Positions 47,717 to 49,955 of a DNA stretch of 49,955 bases are shown piece after piece. The DNA comes from Myxococcota bacterium. Lineage in GTDB: Bacteria > Myxococcota > JACRCW01. The first letter of the stretch is position 1. Each line of letters opens with the position of its first letter. Under the pieces are notes generated by a model, which was not told the origin of the DNA, did no database searches, and worked only from the letters and a program-made list of their open reading frames with translations. The stretch is taken from contig JBFMGU010000047.1 in NCBI GenBank assembly GCA_040752415.1, positions 1 to 49,955 of the forward strand, given 5' to 3'. A program made the position numbers and the translations under genes.

Positions 47717-49041
47717 AGCTCGGCGCGGCGCATGACCTTGGCCAACGCCTTGTCGGCGTCTTCCAGGATGACATCCATGTCAATCGGGATGAGCTGGCGG
47801 TCCTTCACCGTCAGGTCTCCGTCGATCATCACGTGCGTCACGTCGGAGGCGCGCGCTGCGTAGACCAGCGTGGTGTACAGGTCGTGCTTGGGGCGGCAGT
47901 GCGGCGCATCCAGGCTGATGACGATGAGGTCCGCCTTCTTGCCCACCTCCACGCTGCCCACGTCGCGACCAATCCCCAGCGCATCCGCGCCGCCCAGCGT
48001 GGCCAGCTCCACGACCTTCTGCGGGCTCACCGCCTTGACGCCGGCGCGGTGCTTGGGAAGCAGCGCGGCCAGGCGCATCTCCTGGAACATGTCCAGCGTG
48101 TTGTTGCAGGGCGCTCCGTCGGCACCCAGCGCCAGGTGGATCTGCTGGTCAATCAGCTCGGGCAGCTTGGCCACGCCGCTGGCGAGCTTGAGGTTGGAGC
48201 TGGGGCAGTGCGCCACCCGCGTCTCACTCTCCTTGAGCAGCTTCATCTCGCGCGCGGTGAGCCACACGCAGTGGGCCAGGACCACGTCGTGGCCGGTGAG
48301 GCCCAGGTCATACAGGTAGGCCACGTTGTCGGTGCCGTGCTTCTCGCGCACCTGCTCGATCTCGGAGCTGTTCTCGGAGGCGTGGGTGTGCAGCAGGCAG
48401 CCGCTGTCGCGCGCGCGGCCCACCACTTCCACCAGCAGCTCCTCCGTGCAGGAGAGCACGAAGCGCGGCGCATACGCGTAGCGCAGGCGGCCGTTCTCCG
48501 TGTTGTGCCAGATCTTCTTGACGCGCTCGGCCTCCGCCAGGCTCTCCCGCGTGTTCTCGCGCATGGGACCGGGCCTTCCCTTGCCGGCGTCCATCATCGC
48601 CTTGCCGCAGAAGAGCCGGAAGCCCATCTCCTTGGCCGCCTCGAAGATGGCCTCGGTGTGATGGACCGTCCCCATGTCCAGGCAGGTGGTGGTGCCGCCC
48701 ATCATGAGCTCGGCAATGCCCAGGCGGGCGCTGGCGTGCAGCGTGTCCAGGGAGTGCGCGGCCTCCAGGGGCCAGATGCGCTCCTCCAGCCACTCCAGCA
48801 GCTCCATGTCCTCCGCCTGACCGCGGAAGACGGTCTGGCACAGGTGCACGTGCGCCTGCACGAAGCCCGGCATCAGCACCTTCCCCTTGAGGTCAATGCG
48901 CTGAAGCATCTCGCCGGGGCGGGCAAGGAGCTTCTCGCCGATTTCCGAGATGCGTCCGTCGCGCACAATCACGTCCCCGCGCAGGACCTCCCGCTTGGGG
49001 TTCATGGTCAGGATGGTTGCGTCCTTCAACAGGTAGTTCAC
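47713..49041 (-). CDS. Amidohydrolase-family nucleoside deaminase (5'-deoxyadenosine/MTA/SAH deaminase-like)
   Basis: PGFVQAHVH, IWPLEA, APRF, HTHASE, AHC, HCPSSNLKLASG, GADG..CNN and GKKADL. Confidence 0.88.
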   Translation of the reverse strand: MNYLLKDATILTMNPKREVLRGDVIVRDGRISEIGEKLLARPGEMLQRIDLKGKVLMPGFVQAHVHLCQTVFRGQAEDMELLEWLEERIWPLEAAHSLDTLHASARLGIAELMMGGTTTCLDMGTVHHTEAIFEAAKEMGFRLFCGKAMMDAGKGRPGPMRENTRESLAEAERVKKIWHNTENGRLRYAYAPRFVLSCTEELLVEVVGRARDSGCLLHTHASENSSEIEQVREKHGTDNVAYLYDLGLTGHDVVLAHCVWLTAREMKLLKESETRVAHCPSSNLKLASGVAKLPELIDQQIHLALGADGAPCNNTLDMFQEMRLAALLPKHRAGVKAVSPQKVVELATLGGADALGIGRDVGSVEVGKKADLIVISLDAPHCRPKHDLYTTLVYAARASDVTHVMIDGDLTVKDRQLIPIDMDVILEDADKALAKVMRRAEL

Positions 49042-49108
49042 GGCGCACCTGGTGGCGGCGCTGCCAGCGTGTGGCGCGTCGCGAATGAGCAGTAACGGGT
49101 TGCGGCCA

Positions 49109-49612
49109 TCAATGCACCCCCCTCAGTCGCGCGCGCGAGGCGCCACGACTGGCCGCATTCCTCTGGGTTTGGGAGCTGGATTTCGCCGCCAGCGCCCTCG
49201 GGCCAAATGCCCGCGGCAGCAGCGCGCCGACGGTGGTGTACTCCACCTCCCCGTCGGGATTGCACAGGATGAGCTCCAGGTCCGGGGCCAGCTCGTGCAT
49301 GAACTGCCGACAGCTCCCACACGGGCTCCCCGGCGGCGAGCTCAAGGTGGCAATGGCCATGGACACAAAGTCCCGCCGGCCTTGCGCCACCGCGGCGGCC
49401 ATGGCCACCCGCTCCGCGCAGATGCAGAGCGGATAGGCGCTGTTCTCCACGTTGCACCCGGTCACCAGCGTCCCGTCGCGACACTTGAGCGCGGCGCCCA
49501 CCTGGTATTGCGAGTAGGGTGCGTAAGCCCTGCTCCGCGCGGCCAGCGCCGCGGATACCAGCTGTTCCGCTTGCTGCTGTGCCGCCCGCCCTGCCGGCTT
49601 GCGCCCCGCCAT
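49109..49612 (-). CDS. cdd: Cytidine deaminase (homotetrameric type)
   Basis: AYAPYS.Y.VGAA, GCNVEN, CAER, PCGSCRQ and LLP.AF. Confidence 0.93.
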   Translation of the reverse strand: MAGRKPAGRAAQQQAEQLVSAALAARSRAYAPYSQYQVGAALKCRDGTLVTGCNVENSAYPLCICAERVAMAAAVAQGRRDFVSMAIATLSSPPGSPCGSCRQFMHELAPDLELILCNPDGEVEYTTVGALLPRAFGPRALAAKSSSQTQRNAASRGASRARLRGVH

Positions 49613-49865
49613 GGGTGCTCCCGCGCCTGTGGCTTGGCCATGGAGGCCGCAACCACAGACATCAGCACTTGTCAAGCTCATCCGTTGTTGTAGCTGAACT
49701 TACTCCCGGGAAGGGCGGCGCCTCAAGGAAAAAAATCGGATCGTTGTCAAGCGAGGTCCGGAACGTTGGCGGGCGCCCCGGAAGCGGTCGATTGACCGAG
49801 CCAACCTGTGGGTGCTCGCGCTACAAGCCCCGCGCCAGTGGCAAGGCCCGAAGGGATGGGGCGTG

Positions 49866-49955
49866 ATGACGATGCGGCGCATGGGCACCCAGGCCCTTTC
49901 CTGGGGCGTGGTGACTCTCCTGTGGCTCTCGGCGTGTGAGGGGTGCGGCGGCCAG
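49866..49955 (+). CDS. Lipoprotein, N-terminus only (truncated by window edge)
   Basis: Open frame MTMRRMGTQALSWGVVTLLWLSACEGCGGQ with lipobox LSAC. Confidence 0.55.
   Translation, partial: MTMRRMGTQALSWGVVTLLWLSACEGCGGQ

Noticed and set aside
49670..49750. Two TTGACA hexamers on the minus strand upstream of cdd (and one at 6204-6209)
   Set aside because: No convincing -10 element at 16-18 nt spacing.

Overview
High-GC, densely coding bacterial chromosomal DNA. The Hanks-type kinase, FHA protein, many Cys-rich lipoproteins and HEAT/TPR exported proteins suggest a Myxococcota-like deltaproteobacterium (inference). About 45 CDS are supported, including housekeeping genes (glutamine synthetase III, UvrD/Rep helicase, dnaX, miaA, hemE, lptFG, rqcH, cdd), two tRNA-Ser genes and the SRP RNA. 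No prophage, integrase, transposase or CRISPR array is visible. The most unusual items are: (1) a tightly packed minus-strand run cdd, nucleoside deaminase, lipoprotein, Ser/Thr kinase with a C-terminal ribbon-helix-helix-like tail, endonuclease V homologue lacking its first catalytic Asp, and WD40 lipoprotein, which converges on a split 5'-nucleotidase; (2) three long intergenic palindromes between convergent genes, with unrelated arms but a shared GGAGTGCGG REP-like head; (3) a 744-aa protein with EF-hand-like repeats and a caspase/gingipain-like His-Cys motif pair; (4) a divergent citrate synthase / HTH-citrate synthase pair flanking an AT-rich palindrome; (5) a frameshifted nucleotidyltransferase in a two-gene module. 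All functional calls come from motif recognition by eye; no searches were run.
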